From NCBI GenBank assembly GCA_044892525.1, contig CM097885.1, positions 41,542,001 to 41,606,000 on the forward strand: DNA of 64,000 bases. The letters are read 5' to 3'. This document shows positions 1 through 10,422 of the stretch, in pieces; position 1 is the stretch's first letter; each line of letters starts with the position of its first letter. The DNA comes from Schmidtea polychroa. Its lineage: Eukaryota. The position numbers were made by a program, and so were the translations under genes. A model generated the notes under the pieces. The model was not told the origin of the DNA. It saw nothing but the letters and a program-made list of their open reading frames with translations, and searched no databases.

Positions 1-393
1 TGTAAAATTATGCAAATTTTGGAAAATTTAAAACCGTAATATAATGAAACCACACTAATCGAAACTGTACTATGCGAGTTATTCCTATACTTAACACATT
101 GACGGACAGTAGAAACAAGTCACATTTGAAAATTGACACTATATGACGGCTATAGACGCAAGTGTCCGTCAATGTGTTAATAATTAAGGACATTGAGAAT
201 TAAAAATGAAGCGTTGCAAATTTTATTATTATCTACGCGTTATTATTTAAACAAACTTATTAGATGATTATTTCCAGCATTTCGATTATTAAATTTCATG
301 ATTTTAAATAAATAGTATTAATAATAAATAATAATTATAATAATATTCTTATATATAAAATACTAAATGTGTTTGTTTGTCACATTTCACTGT

Positions 394-732
394 CAATGTT
401 CCCTCTAAGCCAAAGTCAGCTTCGCTGAGCAGCCTTTAAATACAAATGAGCGTCAAAATGCTATAACGTGGTTGTAAGAGTTTTAAAACGACACTACTGA
501 AATATACCGTTATTATGCATCTGGTTATTAACATTGAAAATTTTTAAATATTCAAAATGAACCACATAATAATATTGAGTATCAAAAATTCGTAATGTTT
601 TATAATAAATATGTTAATTGGAAGGTGAAAATAAAATAAAAAATAAAGTATACTGCGCTGAAAATAATTTTGCTGCGCTGGGGTGTTGGAGGTGCTGCGC
701 GCGCGTACGCGCGCAGCTTAGAGGGAACGTTG
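394..732. mobile_element. Non-autonomous hAT-type MITE
   Basis: TIRs CAATGTTCCCTCTAAGC / GCTTAGAGGGAACGTTG; 8-bp flanks TTCACTGT (386-393) and TTCACTTT (733-740), one mismatch. Confidence 0.75.
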
Positions 733-1366
733 TTCACTTTTCGCATTTTTTTTCAATACCCTGATATAAAGTACAACATTTATTACATCGTAAATGGTGC
801 AAATTTGATGTTATAAATTCCGTAGTTTTTTTTAATTATTTTTTTATTTTAATTTTTTTAATTCACTGTTATTAACGTATAAAATGCTATAAATTAAGAT
901 AGCTGTGAGATTTCGTTACTTCTCACTTTCGTTATATACCTTCTCTTATGGTTTTAACGCCTTAAGTATATTTAATTATATTTTAATTACTAATTATTAA
1001 AATTGCAAAAGTTTATATTCCAAAAATATGTAAAATATTTATTATAATTATTAATGAAGTTAGCATCTGAAGAATGGTAACATATAAAGATTTGAAGTCG
1101 ATGCGGAAGAATAACCTTAACTTAAGTTACTCCAGACTTTATTTCAAATAAGGAGCTTCAACAGTATTGTTGCATAATATTAAACCTCAAAAACGGCAAA
1201 CTCTTTTTATATTTTATATTGTAACTATTAATATTATGCTAATCGAATAATAATGTGAAAAATGAAACTAAGTAATTTATTAAAACATTAATTAATTAGA
1301 AAAATATAGCCGTAGCGACAGACATTTTTAGTCATTTCAAAAATTGTAATTTTATATTGAATTTAG

Positions 1367-1721
1367 ATTCTACGATTTGCAGAAAATCCACGGAACAATC
1401 AATCACATTGCCAACATCAATTTATCACCAGAACATTTTATTCCTGTTAAAGTGATTTGTGATGACCGGCAATTGGAATTGATAGTTGATGTTCGTAGCA
1501 CTGTAAGTGAGGCGAAAAAATTGTTTTGTCAAAAGTTCGGTATTTCTGATCCATACAATTTCGTTCTCAAGTACTGGGATCATGTTATGACTGAGATTCA
1601 AGGCCCAGAACTTATGAAGTCTGGAAATCGAAATTTGTATGCGTATAGAGTAAGTAAAAATGACTGGTTCACTTTGGATAAAAAAATATTAAATTGTGAA
1701 TCGAGAAAATTTAGTCGATAA
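1367..1721 (+). CDS. Probable terminal exon of a host gene with a ubiquitin-like domain
   Basis: TTTAG acceptor at 1362-1366; open frame IPVKVICDDRQLELIVDVRSTVSEAKKLFCQKFGI resembles a beta-grasp/Ubl pattern; stop at 1719-1721. Confidence 0.5.
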
Positions 1722-2551
1722 ATAGCAATAATGATGCTGCCATTTTGAAACGATTTTGTAGTTTATTGATTTTATTGTATTTAATCGGAATACATTTTAT
1801 TCTTTGACCCGCAAAAATATTCAATATTTGTTTTAATCAATAGAATAATTATTGAACCATTATATCAGTAACATATAAAGAATTATTAAATTCTGTGGAG
1901 TTGTCTATAAAAGTCGTCCGCAGATAACATTGCCAACTGTGCAAGTTTAATTTAGAAACTGTAGTTTTACAAAAATTCTTCATTCTCCAGTTCAGACTAT
2001 AATCTATCATATTCCATTGAATTTGTTAAATAGGTGTATATATGTATGTTATTTTAACCTTGAATTAGTAATAATGATCCTGCAAACTCAAACTGAAATC
2101 CAGAATATCTTTGTTGCGCGCATAAATTATTGTATGGCATTTACGTGGTTAACCCAGAAAAATTTGTTTGCAAGCAAAATGTAACGGCATCTAATGTGCG
2201 TGAATACTTACAGGCATTTAATAATAGTACGAAATGCCTAATAATACGTAGTTATAAAGTTGAGTATTATCACCATTATATACCCAACCAACACAACCCT
2301 CCCAACTAAAACATACCTCCATTATGCTTAAACCATTAGAAAAACAACATAAAACCTATACTTTTATAGTATTTTAACCCCATATTTTAAACAACAACCA
2401 CCCTTAATCTTTAAAGCCTCACACTCAAAAGCTTCAAACTAAAAAGAGAATAGAAAAGAAAATGGCATTATGAAAAAGTTAGAGGGCTATTTGATCTTTA
2501 TCAGATTATTGATTTTAAATTATATAAATTAAAAAATAAATGAAAAATAGT

Positions 2552-2916
2552 AAAACTGCTCTGAGGGGACAGTGGTATTTTTTTTTTTTCACTGTCCCCT
2601 CAACAGTTTTTTTTGATCCGGATCATTTTTTTATTTATCAACCTCTTTCGTTTATCGAATCTCTTCCAATATACAAGCTGGCCAGACTCATACATCAGAA
2701 TCAATCCGATAATAGCAGCACACCTTATTATTCGCTTCTCGCTCGAATACGATTTCATCGGCGTTTTAAGTGTGCTGCTCGAAAGTACAAATGAATTCGA
2801 AAGTGAATTCGAAAGAGGTCCGAAAACAACTGAGAAATAAATGTGCACATTAAAGAATCGATCCGGGGGTGTTCGAAAGACAGGTGGCGATAATTACCGG
2901 TTCGCCACCATCACCC
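2552..2916. other. Multi-stem structured domain in left TIR
   Basis: Nested inverted repeats: 2562-2574/2590-2602, 2618-2624/2860-2866, 2641-2650/2810-2819, 2714-2723/2770-2779, 2883-2890/2902-2909. Confidence 0.65.
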
Positions 2917-3068
2917 GTTTCAATAATTTTTTTTTCATATTTATGTTTAAAAAATAAAATAAAATAAAATAAATAAAATAAAATAAAATAAAAATAAATA
3001 AAATATAAATCTAAGATACCCACACTATTATTTTCAAATTTTTAATATTATTTTATGTTGAAAAAAAA

Positions 3069-3142
3069 CTAACCACAGTTAGGATTTGAACCGCTATCCA
3101 TTTGAACCACGGTGCCGGTCTAGCCCACTGCGCTATCTAGGT
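3069..3142 (-). ncRNA. tRNA-like Pol III unit 1 (in left TIR)
   Basis: A box TAGCGCAGTGG (3135-3125), B box GGTTCAAATCC (3092-3082), T8 terminator (3068-3061). Confidence 0.6.
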
Positions 3143-3389
3143 TTGGATTTTTGTTATTTTTTAGACTATAAATAATCGATTCAAGTTCTTTAACTCTTTC
3201 CTGTAATTGTTTCATTTTCTTCAATCTTATATCAGCAACATCTACAGCCTTCATATAAAAATGTCGATACTTTTCATTATCTACCATCAACTCTTTGATG
3301 TATTCTAATGGTTCTTCTTCTCTTCTTTTCATTCTCTTATGTTTAACTTCATTCAATTCATTTCTCATTCTTTCTTTTAACTCATCCAT
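3120..3389 (-). CDS. Polinton A small coiled-coil protein, unknown function
   Basis: 89-aa ATG ORF rich in charged residues; shares its upstream motif with pPolB; stop lies inside the TIR. Confidence 0.6.
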   Translation of the reverse strand: MDELKERMRNELNEVKHKRMKRREEEPLEYIKELMVDNEKYRHFYMKAVDVADIRLKKMKQLQERVKELESIIYSLKNNKNPNLDSAVG

Positions 3390-3402
3390 TTTTCTAAATA
3401 TT

Positions 3403-3417
3403 TTTTTTATTGGATAT
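3403..3417 (-). promoter_or_regulatory. Putative element promoter motif ATATCCAATAAAAAA
   Basis: Identical 15-mer starts 28 nt upstream of the ATG here and at 15430-15444. Confidence 0.55.
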
Positions 3418-3560
3418 ATTAATTTTTGGTAGCTTAAGTTAAAACATTTTTGATCTTAAATTTCCAAGAGTTGCCGTTGACCAATCTCCTTAAAAATTTG
3501 TACAAGTACTAAATCGAGTATGCTGATCAATATTTCGTTTAAAAAAAATTTGAAAAAAAA

Positions 3561-3633
3561 TGACCGAAATGGGATTTGAACCCATTGGTATTGGCAATGC
3601 AGTCGAGTGCTATTACCACTAAGCTATTAGAGC
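3561..3633 (-). ncRNA. tRNA-like Pol III unit 2 (tRNA-Cys-like, broken anticodon and acceptor stems)
   Basis: 73 nt: GCTCTAA TAGCTTAGTGGTAATAGC A CTCGACTGCA...ATGGG TTCAAAT CCCAT TTCGGTCA, then T8; D arm and a perfect 5-bp T arm. Confidence 0.7.
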
Positions 3634-3802
3634 TATACTCAATATAAAATAAGTTGTTAATGTGTGACTATTTATTGATGAAATTGATAATTAATTATTC
3701 ATTTTCTCGACAACTTCCACTCAGATCCATCTGAAAATTTAAATATATACTAAAATCAGTACGCTGAATCAGATTCCGTTGAAAAAGAATATCGATAAAA
3801 AT

Positions 3803-3876
3803 TGACCAAAATCGAAAATTGAACCCGGTACTCCCGGTGATAAAATTGAAGCCTATTCCCACTCCGCTATAATGGC
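3803..3876 (-). ncRNA. tRNA-like Pol III unit 3 (degenerate)
   Basis: A box TAGCGGAGTGG, B-box-like GGTTCAATT, 3' end TTTTGGTCA like unit 2, then ATTTTT. Confidence 0.5.
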
Positions 3877-3919
3877 TTACATAATCCTATTTTGTGTGTG
3901 TAAATTTTAATATATAAAC

Positions 3920-4909
3920 ATGAATAATATAAAAATTCAAGAAAAAAATAAATTAAATCTTGATTATAATAAAGAATTTACTCATGAAATCAAGAAAAAC
4001 GATGTACTTGAAATCTCCCCAACTTCAGGATCTATTGCAAACTTAAATCGTAGGGGTGATATAGTTTTTCAATCTCTTCAAACATCAAACCCTATAGATA
4101 TTTGTAATGCCAAATTATATTATAAAATCGAATTAGAAATTGAAGCAAACAAAGATATAACGCTAGAAAATAATTTCTTTCCAAATTTATTCTCCAACAT
4201 GAGATTAAAACTAGGATCATCAGAAATTGAAACTGTTTTACATCCAGGAGTATATTCTACAATTTTAAATTTTATTTTAACTGGTTGTGATTATAAAAAC
4301 GAATATGGTGAATTAACAGGCTGGATTCCTGATGTTATTAAAGGAGATTTAGATAAAGATGGTTTAGATATAAATTATGGTTACTATAAAAGAGCTGAAC
4401 TTTATAAATCTAAAAAATTTGAAGGTTATTTTGAATTAAAACACTTGTTTGGATTCCTTCAAAACTATAATCGTATACTTCATAATGTTTTTATAGAATT
4501 AGTTTGTAATAGAGTAGAAGGTGATAAAAGATTGTTCTATGGAGATAAGGATACAACAGCTAAATTAAAATTATCAACACTTGAATTACATATACCTGAA
4601 TGGACATTAAATCCACATTCTGAAATCAAACTCCTTGAAAGATTAAATTCCAACAAATCTATAAATGTAAATTATTTAAATAGAATCTGTAGTGAATTTA
4701 GTATGACAGAGGGTTCAACCGGACCAGGAACAAGATTAGATATTAGATTAGATGAAAATAATAATCCTAAACAAGGAGAAGAACCAATAAATAGAATTGA
4801 TCAAGCAGCTTTAAAACATGATATTGCATACAATTCAGAAGATCTTAGAGATAGACATGTTGCAGATGTGAATTTAATACATGATTTAAATAATATCAAA
4901 AATCCATAA
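3920..4909 (+). CDS. N-terminal half of major capsid protein fused to a parvovirus-type PLA2 domain
   Basis: Polinton MCP-like LENNFFPNLFSNMRLKLGSSEIE and FGFLQNYNRIL; C-terminal TGPGT...IDQAALKHDIAY...RHVAD PLA2 motif. Confidence 0.8.
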   Translation: MNNIKIQEKNKLNLDYNKEFTHEIKKNDVLEISPTSGSIANLNRRGDIVFQSLQTSNPIDICNAKLYYKIELEIEANKDITLENNFFPNLFSNMRLKLGSSEIETVLHPGVYSTILNFILTGCDYKNEYGELTGWIPDVIKGDLDKDGLDINYGYYKRAELYKSKKFEGYFELKHLFGFLQNYNRILHNVFIELVCNRVEGDKRLFYGDKDTTAKLKLSTLELHIPEWTLNPHSEIKLLERLNSNKSINVNYLNRICSEFSMTEGSTGPGTRLDIRLDENNNPKQGEEPINRIDQAALKHDIAYNSEDLRDRHVADVNLIHDLNNIKNP

Positions 4910-4948
4910 ACCCAAGAAAAGATTCAAAGAGCTCTAGTTAAATTAGCA

Positions 4949-5905
4949 ATGAAAGGTAAGATTTTTATAGGCTTAGGACTTCCTATGGGTGCAAGACTTC
5001 CTAGGAAAGCAAAAGATGTTGCTAATAAAAAGATTATCGAACAAGTAGAGATTGAAAGATCCCTCGAGAGTGTATCCAAGACTAGTTTATTAACCCCAAC
5101 AGAATCACAAATAAAATATGCCAACGAATTACACCATGAATTTAGAAAAAATAAAAAATATTTAAAAGTTCAAGTACATGAAAAATATCAAACATGGTCT
5201 GCAGATTTAGTCTTTATGCCAACCAAATCATCAGACCCTGAAAAATATAAAATAATTTTAACTGTAATAGATTTATATACAAGATTTGCCTTTGCAAGGT
5301 GTTTAGAAAATAAAACAGGATATTCCATTACAGAAGCATTTGAAAATATATTTGAAGAACATCAAAGAATTCCAAAATATTTATGGAGTGATAAAGGAAC
5401 AGAATTTTATAACAAAGTTTTTACAAAGTTTTTAAATGAAAATGATATTAAATTATATTCAACAGAAAACGAAGGAAAAGCAGTCGTAGTTGAAAGATTA
5501 AATAGAACATTAAAAAATAAAATGTGGAAATATTTTACTGCTATTGGAAAACAAAAATGGAACAATGAATTGTTACAAAAGATTGTAAATGAATATAATA
5601 ATGATGTACATAGTTCTATAAAATCAACACCTTTAAATGCTTCCATAAATCCTGAAACCATTAAAGTGGTAAATATTGAAAATGATGTTATTGAAAAACC
5701 AAAGTTTAAAATTGGTGACCGAGTAAGAATATTTAAATATAAAAATAAATTTGAAAAAGGATTCACAGCAAAATGGACAAATGAAATTTTTATTATAAAT
5801 AAAATAAATTACACAACTCCAATAACATATAGCATCATTGATTTAAATAATGAAAAAATATTAGGTAGATTTTATAATAATGAGTTACAGAAAACAGATT
5901 TCTAA
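4949..5905 (+). CDS. Polinton rve (DDE) integrase, preceded in frame by the PLA2 C-terminal helix
   Basis: WSADLVFM, TVIDLYTRFAF, LWSDKGTEFYN, VVERLNRTLK, FKIGDRVRI. Confidence 0.92.
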   Translation: MKGKIFIGLGLPMGARLPRKAKDVANKKIIEQVEIERSLESVSKTSLLTPTESQIKYANELHHEFRKNKKYLKVQVHEKYQTWSADLVFMPTKSSDPEKYKIILTVIDLYTRFAFARCLENKTGYSITEAFENIFEEHQRIPKYLWSDKGTEFYNKVFTKFLNENDIKLYSTENEGKAVVVERLNRTLKNKMWKYFTAIGKQKWNNELLQKIVNEYNNDVHSSIKSTPLNASINPETIKVVNIENDVIEKPKFKIGDRVRIFKYKNKFEKGFTAKWTNEIFIINKINYTTPITYSIIDLNNEKILGRFYNNELQKTDF

Positions 5906-6662
5906 AATAAACTTTTCCATATTTCAGCTTCTTCTCTATCCAAATAAATATAATTATATTTTTCTTTCCAATGATTATCAACAAACATATCAAACATATT
6001 CTTATCAGGTTCAACATTTGAAAATAAATCATTATAAATCATATTCTTATCACGGCGATCTAATTTAAAAAATATAAAACAATTGGAATTATTTCTTATA
6101 GAGTTTTTATCTAAAGCATAATAAGTTTGAGATATATAAATAACATTACAATTATTATGTCGACCTCTTGTAAAGTAACTCTTTTGAATCTCTTGATTTT
6201 TCATGTTAACAACATCATCAAATATAACTAGATTCTTTTTATCTTTAGGAAGTAAATCACAATGTAAAACATCTTCAGGTTTATTAGAGAATAAAACTTG
6301 AATCGCCTCTGCCTGCCCCTCATCTTCACAGATGTAATCATTTTTATTACTAATATCTGATTCTAAAATCTTTTCCTTATACCAATCAACCATTGATTTT
6401 TAAAAATATCAATTATAGCTTTTTTAGTTAATTTATTTTCAAATCCACATTTCAAAAGTTGTAATTCTGGTTGATTTATGGTTGTAGAATAAAAGATTAA
6501 ATTATTATAATCTAAAAAACCATCTTCAAGTAACATTTTCAAAACAAGTACATTCTTTCCACATCCAGAAGAACCAACAATTAATAATCTAAAATTATCA
6601 GGAAATACTTTATTATTAAATTTACTCTTATGTCTATTTAAAATTGGTTTCCAAATATCCAT
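5902..6662 (-). pseudogene. A32/FtsK-like packaging ATPase, frameshifted near 6395
   Basis: Walker A GSSGCGKN in one frame; Walker B VIFDD and RGRHNNCNVIYISQ in the other. Confidence 0.85.
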
Positions 6663-6677
6663 TTTATTTATTATAAA

Positions 6678-7271
6678 ATGACCTCGAAGAGTTCCTCTAC
6701 TGAAGAATCTTTCCAAGAATTAATAAATTCAAATAAAAATAAATCAGTAGTAATTGATGGTAAAAAATATTTTATTGGAAAACATGTAAAAGAACAAGTT
6801 AGAGCGAAGATCCACGAAGCTAAAGAAGGTGGCATTCTTCCATTAGCTGCTTTAATACCTGCAATCATTGCTGGTTTATCAGGTGCTGCTGGAATAGCTG
6901 GAGGAATTGCAACTACAGTTCAAAAAGCTAAAGAATCTCAAAAGACAGACCTAGAAAAAGAAAAACTACAAACTGAAATCGATTCAATGAAGAAGGTAGG
7001 GCAAGCTAAAGGGGGAGTGTCCGTTGGAAAGGGTCTCTATCTTAATCCATATGAGGGGAGTCGGCAAAAGTCTCAGGGCAAAGGTCTCTATCTTGATCCT
7101 TATAAAGGTAGAGGTTTAAATGATTTTTTAAAAAATCAAATTTCTACATCTGAATCTTTATCTTCAAAAGATAAAGAAGATTTAAAAAAAATATGTAAAT
7201 CTTTAAAGAATGGATGCCTTTGTAAAACTAAAAATGGTAAAGGATTATACTTGAAGCCCTTCGAACTATGA
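6678..7271 (+). CDS. Polinton core / membrane-active protein (protein X-like)
   Basis: GGILPLAALIPAIIAGLSGAAGIAGGIA hydrophobic helix; three GKGLYL repeats. Confidence 0.7.
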   Translation: MTSKSSSTEESFQELINSNKNKSVVIDGKKYFIGKHVKEQVRAKIHEAKEGGILPLAALIPAIIAGLSGAAGIAGGIATTVQKAKESQKTDLEKEKLQTEIDSMKKVGQAKGGVSVGKGLYLNPYEGSRQKSQGKGLYLDPYKGRGLNDFLKNQISTSESLSSKDKEDLKKICKSLKNGCLCKTKNGKGLYLKPFEL

Positions 7272-7293
7272 TACCATTTTTGATACCATTAAA

Positions 7294-8176
7294 ATGGTAT
7301 ATGAAGAAAGATTAGCACTTTTAAAAAAATTACAATCAGAACAAGATAAATATAATAAAAAAGATACAACTCAACATGCTGAATCTATAATATTAAATGA
7401 GGTAATAACACAACAACAGGGGCCAACAATTAAAGCTATAAAAGAGTTGGAAGATTTCAATGAGCAAGCAAAATTTAAAGAGTTAGAAGATAAAAAACAA
7501 AAAATAAAAGAACTAGAGTGGCAGGATAAAGAAAAAGAATCCAGTGAAAACCATCCTGAAAGAAATCAAAGAAAACGCAGAAGAATTTCTAATGTGGAAG
7601 AAGAAGAAATGTTTTTAAAAACAAAACCTCTTAAAGTTGATCCTAAAATTAGAGATGATTTACCTCCTTCAATTAGACCTACATTTAATACTAATACTGA
7701 AGGATATCAAATAATAACAATTAATAAACAAAACTTTACTTTATATTCAAATTCAGAAAATAAATCACGTATTCATTCACAAAATGTTTATAATAATGAA
7801 TATTTAGACTTTGAATTTACAGATGATTTTTATAGATTACTTTGTGGATATTCTTCAGATGATGTTGAAGAAATTAAAAAATATTTAAATTTAATAAGAT
7901 TAATAAGAGCTAGTTCTAAAGCAAAATATATTCAAGATTTAAAGAATTATTTAAATAAAAATGAAAAGGGTTATGTTGTTACAGAGGGAGAGGGATTAAT
8001 TAGTGAAGGTGGTAAACCAAATCCCATCAATCTTTTTTATTGAATTAAGAAAACTATTAGCTGCAAGGAAAGCAGGACATAATAATTTAGATTCTGATAT
8101 TTTAAAGATTTCTAAAGATTTGTTAAAACAAGGAATAATTTCAAAAGATAAATTTAATAAGTATACGAAGTTATAA
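7294..8176 (+). pseudogene. Polinton conserved core protein, frameshift in T6 run at 8033-8038
   Basis: Removing one T joins ORF 7294-8043 to ELRKLLAARKAGHNNLDSDILKISKDLLKQGII, a Polinton-type C-terminal LL.A.KAG.N...GII motif; stop 8174-8176. Confidence 0.65.
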
Positions 8177-8198
8177 ATACGAAGTTTTAAAATACAAA

Positions 8199-8624
8199 AT
8201 GACTCCTTCAATATTAGATTTTTTAAAAACATTTGGAATAAATGCAAAAACAAATTTTGATTTAAAAGATTATGCAAATTATTTAAATTTAAAATTTAAA
8301 ATATTAATGAATGATGAATTATCAAGTCTGGAGAGTCCCCTGAATATTATTATAAATTATCAAAATTCAAATGAGAAAGGATCTCATTGGGTTTGTATAT
8401 ATAATAAATCTATATACTTTGATTCTTTTGGGATTAAACCTACTAAAGAAGTTGAAGACTATCTCTCGGACTACACTTTTAATTCTTTACAAGTTCAACC
8501 TAATAATACTAAAATATGTGGTATTTTAAGCTTATATGTTTTGTATAGATTGAATAAATCCAAAGGAGAAGGTTTCACTTCCTTAATCCAAGAAATTTAT
8601 AATGATTTAAAATCTCTATTATGA
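8199..8624 (+). CDS. Adenain-like cysteine protease
   Basis: GSHWV (His), YFDSFG (Asp), QVQ...ICG (Gln/Cys). Confidence 0.9.
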   Translation: MTPSILDFLKTFGINAKTNFDLKDYANYLNLKFKILMNDELSSLESPLNIIINYQNSNEKGSHWVCIYNKSIYFDSFGIKPTKEVEDYLSDYTFNSLQVQPNNTKICGILSLYVLYRLNKSKGEGFTSLIQEIYNDLKSLL

Positions 8625-9391
8625 AAATGGAGCTTCGCAACCTTCTGGAAGATAATTTAAAAAAAATGGTAAACATAATGTCAGATAAATATTCAAGAAC
8701 TTTATCTATAAATTCAAAAGAATCAGACTTTACTATAAACTTTCAAGATTCAATAAAATTAGATCAAGATTTAAATTATGAATTAGGTCTATTATGGTTT
8801 TGTGCTTATAATACTATTTTTAATATAACTAAAGATAATAACATATTTTATTATATAAGCCCAAAATCTACAGATAAGATTATAATAACAATCGAACCTG
8901 GAGCTTATGAGATAAAAGATTTAAATAATATACTTTCTAAAAAAACAAATGGAGCCATTAAAATTAAAATGGATTTACCAACTTCAAAATGTATAATGAC
9001 TTTAGAGAATATAGGAATTCATTTTCAAAATAATAGTTTCTTTAGAACAATTTTAGGATTTACACGAAACCATTATATCACACCTATAGTTGAGAATATA
9101 ACATCAGAAAATATTATAAAAATAATAAATACAAACACAATAAATATTCATTGTGATTGTATAACAGGTTCTTATAATAATGGTAAACAAAGTAATGTTT
9201 TATATTCCTTTCCCTCAAACACAGTTCCTATGGGATATAAAATAGTTGAAAGAATGAATCCTCCAAATTATTTACCTTTATGTAGAAAATATATAATGGA
9301 TATTAATTTTAAAATTCTTAATCAAGAAGGAGAATTGATTGATTTTAATGGAGAAGAGATTTCAATGTATTTACATTTGAAACAGGTTTGA
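8621..9391 (+). CDS. Minor capsid protein (penton)
   Basis: YNTIFNI, INIHCDCITGSYNNGKQSNVLYSF, YLPL...NQEGELIDFNGEEISMYLHLK. Confidence 0.85.
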   Translation: MKMELRNLLEDNLKKMVNIMSDKYSRTLSINSKESDFTINFQDSIKLDQDLNYELGLLWFCAYNTIFNITKDNNIFYYISPKSTDKIIITIEPGAYEIKDLNNILSKKTNGAIKIKMDLPTSKCIMTLENIGIHFQNNSFFRTILGFTRNHYITPIVENITSENIIKIINTNTINIHCDCITGSYNNGKQSNVLYSFPSNTVPMGYKIVERMNPPNYLPLCRKYIMDINFKILNQEGELIDFNGEEISMYLHLKQV

Positions 9392-9415
9392 AGATTCATT
9401 TTAAATTATTAATAA

Positions 9416-10414
9416 ATGAGTTCTTATATTCCTTGTAATAGAGGTGGTGAAACAATAAAAACAGGGTTTAATACAGAAGAAATATTAACTTTAACAGAAA
9501 ATAAATATATTAATGAAAGAGGTGATTCAATGAAAGGAGATTTAAATTTAAATGGAGACAAGATAAAAGATTTATCTTTACCAACTGATGAAGGTGATGC
9601 TGCTAATAAAAAATATGTAGATGGTGTTAAAAAATATACTGATTTAACAACAACAAGAATTGAAAGTTCATTAACAACAAAAATTGATTCAATGGAATCA
9701 AAGCTTAATAATATCGAACAACGATTTAATGATAAATTTGACAAGTTACAAAGTCTGTTAACTGAACAAGTTGTAAAGTTAAATACTGCTATATTAAATT
9801 CTAAAGATAAACAAATTATGAATACTAAATTTAATGCAATATATAATATAATAAATGAGATGATTACATCATTTAATAAAAGAATTTCAAATTTAGAGTC
9901 TCATGGAACACACATTAACACCACACATAGTATTAGAAAAAGAGCTGCTGAATTAGAACAGAATAAAACATTATTACCCCATACATATAAACATTTTATA
10001 GAACCAACTTTAATAACAACAAATAGTAAAGAATGGAGTGTTTTTATGGTTGTAAGGATTATTGATCCTTATTTCTTTTTATTTGATGATGATAATGAAA
10101 GAATGAAATGGTTTGTGAAATGTGATTATAATAGTAAGTTTGAAAAGGGTGATGTTATAATAAGTGGTTATGATTTAACACATGGATATTGGCATGATAA
10201 AACTGATTCACATAAAACACATAAAGTTAAAAGTAAGAATATTATTTTTAAAAGCACACTTGTACAATATATAGATTTAATATTTTATGAAAAAAAGGTT
10301 GATGTTGATGAACTTCGTAAAGCATTGATGGAATTGTATAAAGACATTCTCTCAACAAGAGTCTCTTATGATATCCGAGTATTGGTACCAGATAATAAAA
10401 TCTTATTTTTTTAA
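9416..10414 (+). CDS. Putative fibre/spike protein
   Basis: GDSMKGDLNLNGDKIKDLSLPTDEGDAANKKYVD fibre-neck motif, then coiled coil and a beta-rich C-terminal domain. Confidence 0.6.
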   Translation: MSSYIPCNRGGETIKTGFNTEEILTLTENKYINERGDSMKGDLNLNGDKIKDLSLPTDEGDAANKKYVDGVKKYTDLTTTRIESSLTTKIDSMESKLNNIEQRFNDKFDKLQSLLTEQVVKLNTAILNSKDKQIMNTKFNAIYNIINEMITSFNKRISNLESHGTHINTTHSIRKRAAELEQNKTLLPHTYKHFIEPTLITTNSKEWSVFMVVRIIDPYFFLFDDDNERMKWFVKCDYNSKFEKGDVIISGYDLTHGYWHDKTDSHKTHKVKSKNIIFKSTLVQYIDLIFYEKKVDVDELRKALMELYKDILSTRVSYDIRVLVPDNKILFF

Positions 10415-10422
10415 TTATTAAA

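Larger units (their letters stand above)
2278..3163. repeat. Left TIR of Polinton A (lacks terminal 12 nt)
   Basis: Near-exact reverse complement of 15496-16377. Confidence 0.93.

Noticed and set aside
2540..2848. Overlapping short ORFs in the TIR (mirrored at 15809-16083)
   Set aside because: No recognisable motifs; ORFs on both strands reflect the locally higher GC; the base-pairing pattern explains the region better
3561..3633. Functional tRNA-Cys gene
   Set aside because: Anticodon stem does not pair and the acceptor stem has two mismatches, so it is called tRNA-like only
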